Assembly: GCA_964291265.2 (NCBI GenBank) | Contig: OZ219747.1 | Coordinates: forward strand, 256,001-320,000 | Source of the DNA: Alphaproteobacteria bacterium | GTDB taxonomy: Bacteria > Pseudomonadota > Alphaproteobacteria > SP197 | Length of the DNA stretch: 64,000 bases | Direction: 5' to 3' | In this document: one piece after another, positions 62,591 to 64,000 of the stretch | How positions within the stretch are numbered: the first letter of the stretch is position 1 | Layout of the letters: the number at the start of each line of letters is the position of its first letter | Notes under the pieces: model-generated | Told to the model about the DNA's origin: nothing | Seen by the model: only the letters and a program-made list of their open reading frames with translations | Database searches by the model: none | Made by a program: the position numbers and the translations under genes

Positions 62591-63244
62591 ACCGAAGTTC
62601 CAGAACCGATCAGACGTATCGTTATGAATGTCAGACATCCTGACCTGCTCTTCTGAGGGGCATATCACACCGCTCAGGAAACCCACGGTTTTCCTGTGTT
62701 TCTGCCTGTTTCAGCGCGGATTCTGCTTGACATGTGGCGATAAATACGTCCAATATCGCATGTTCCAATTTTAGCTCCCCATGGCACCCTCCCTACCGCT
62801 CCAGCCCGCCCATGCCACACCATCGTCTACGACATCGACGGCGCAACACAACAAAATCGTCTCATTGACGTTGGACGAGGTCAGGATGTCTGAATGTATT
62901 GACGTTTGAAAAAATCGGGTGTGTCGCTACTGGGAACGCTACAGGCGTACGTCGAGGTGGTTCAGGGCCTTTTTTCCGGAGCGCCTTGGGCCACGTGGTG
63001 ACCTGGAAGGGCCGCAGGGTTTCGACCTTCTCCATGGGCCAGGGGGAGAGATTGTTGGCGGGGGCCTCATGCGGTTGGGGGCTATGTCCACGTACATGGC
63101 AACGAATATGGGGCGATGGACGCATGTGTCAACAGAGATTTCCACCGTTACATGGGAACATTTGCATGCTGTCCCTCTGCCGTTTTATCAGCAAGATCAA
63201 CGACTTGGTGTGGTTGTACCGCAGAAATCGTCCGGAACTTCGGC
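62591..63244 (-). mobile_element. Non-autonomous, internally deleted IS1634 relative (654 bp)
   Basis: Ends ACCGAAGTTCC / GGAACTTCGGC flanked by CTAG; contains the transposase start (MYVDIAPNR) joined to its end (PFQVTTWP...ALNHLDVRL). Confidence 0.82.
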
Positions 63245-63248
63245 CTAG

Positions 63249-64000
63249 ACCGAAGTTCCAGCGCCGATCAAGTGCAAATGCTTGATATAAATGGCATTCG
63301 ATGGATCTCAGGGGCGTCTGACTGGGTACATTACGGCTTCACGCCCAGGAGCTTGAGTGCTCTTCTCTGGAGCGGCGTGGGCCGCGTGGTGACCTGGAAG
63401 GGTTGGGCGCCCGCAAGGCGGGGCGCCACGGTGTTGCGGGTGATGGTCGCGAGATCATCGAGGAGAGTGCGGAAACTGTGCACCGGATCACCCCCGGGCG
63501 TCCTCTTGGTTGCCGCCTTGGCCCGGGCGCTCGCCGAGACTTCTGCCGGCGCCACGACGGACGGCCGCCGGGCCTCGGCGCCTTCGGCATCCTCGTCGTC
63601 GAACAGCATGGGCTTCAGTTTCTGGCGCATGTGCCATTCCACGTAGTAGGCGAGCATGCACAGGAAGACATGGGCGCGGACCCGGGGTTCGGTGCGGTGG
63701 TAGACGGGGCGGACCTTCAGATCCACGGTCTTCAGGCTGCGGAAGGCCCGTTCCACCGAACTCAGCCGCTTGTAGGCGCGCACTGTGCCGGGACCGTCGA
63801 GCTCGCTCTGCGGCAGGCTGGTGCGGATCACGTAGAGGCCGTCGAGCCTGGCCTCGGCGGCGATGGCAGCCTCATCGCGCCCATAGGTGAAGACACCCTC
63901 GTCGTCGATGGACCACGTGAAGTGCTTCGCCATCTTGTATTTACCGATGACCTTGCCGACCCGCTCCCCGATCTTGTCGGCACCCTTGAGACGGCGCTTG
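63249..64000 (-). mobile_element. Second IS1634 copy (partial, runs off the window)
   Basis: Near-identical to ~21970-22720 in reverse complement; begins after CTAG at 63245-63248. Confidence 0.93.
63331..64000 (-). CDS. IS1634 transposase, 3' part
   Basis: Same C-terminal protein as 20914-22638, with few substitutions. Confidence 0.92.
   Translation of the reverse strand, partial: KRRLKGADKIGERVGKVIGKYKMAKHFTWSIDDEGVFTYGRDEAAIAAEARLDGLYVIRTSLPQSELDGPGTVRAYKRLSSVERAFRSLKTVDLKVRPVYHRTEPRVRAHVFLCMLAYYVEWHMRQKLKPMLFDDEDAEGAEARRPSVVAPAEVSASARAKAATKRTPGGDPVHSFRTLLDDLATITRNTVAPRLAGAQPFQVTTRPTPLQRRALKLLGVKP

Overview
GC-rich alphaproteobacterial chromosome segment; the moaB-SLT-UDG-ETF:QO-TPR-ispE order and a tRNA-His with G-1:C73 suggest a Rhodospirillales-like lineage. 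Housekeeping and metabolic blocks alternate with accessory islands. (1) 1-7.4 kb: restriction-like operon with an XRE-HTH/SNF2/DUF3883 helicase-nuclease, a DUF1156 adenine methylase and an AAA ATPase. (2) 19.3-26 kb: AbiE toxin-antitoxin pair whose toxin is split by a CTAG-targeting IS1634, plus an AAA/DUF4143 gene. (3) 36.4-39.3 kb: TIR-SLOG-TIR Thoeris-like cassette with no recognisable effector. (4) 39.9-52.9 kb: nested insertions inside a dead MobF relaxase. A ~5.3 kb IS21-family element (Zn-finger ORF, istA, istB, Toprim primase-like gene, small ORF, internal repeats) carries an inverted copy of itself and a DUF4338(DruA)-IS4 element, each with intact target duplications. The IS21 element has an end-to-end strand-skew switch and shares a 50-nt structured motif with the leader of the restriction-like operon; it is the strongest candidate for an undescribed, possibly self-replicating, element. 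(5) 62.6-64 kb: IS1634-derived mini-element abutting a second IS1634. All calls come from reading motifs by eye; no database search was run.
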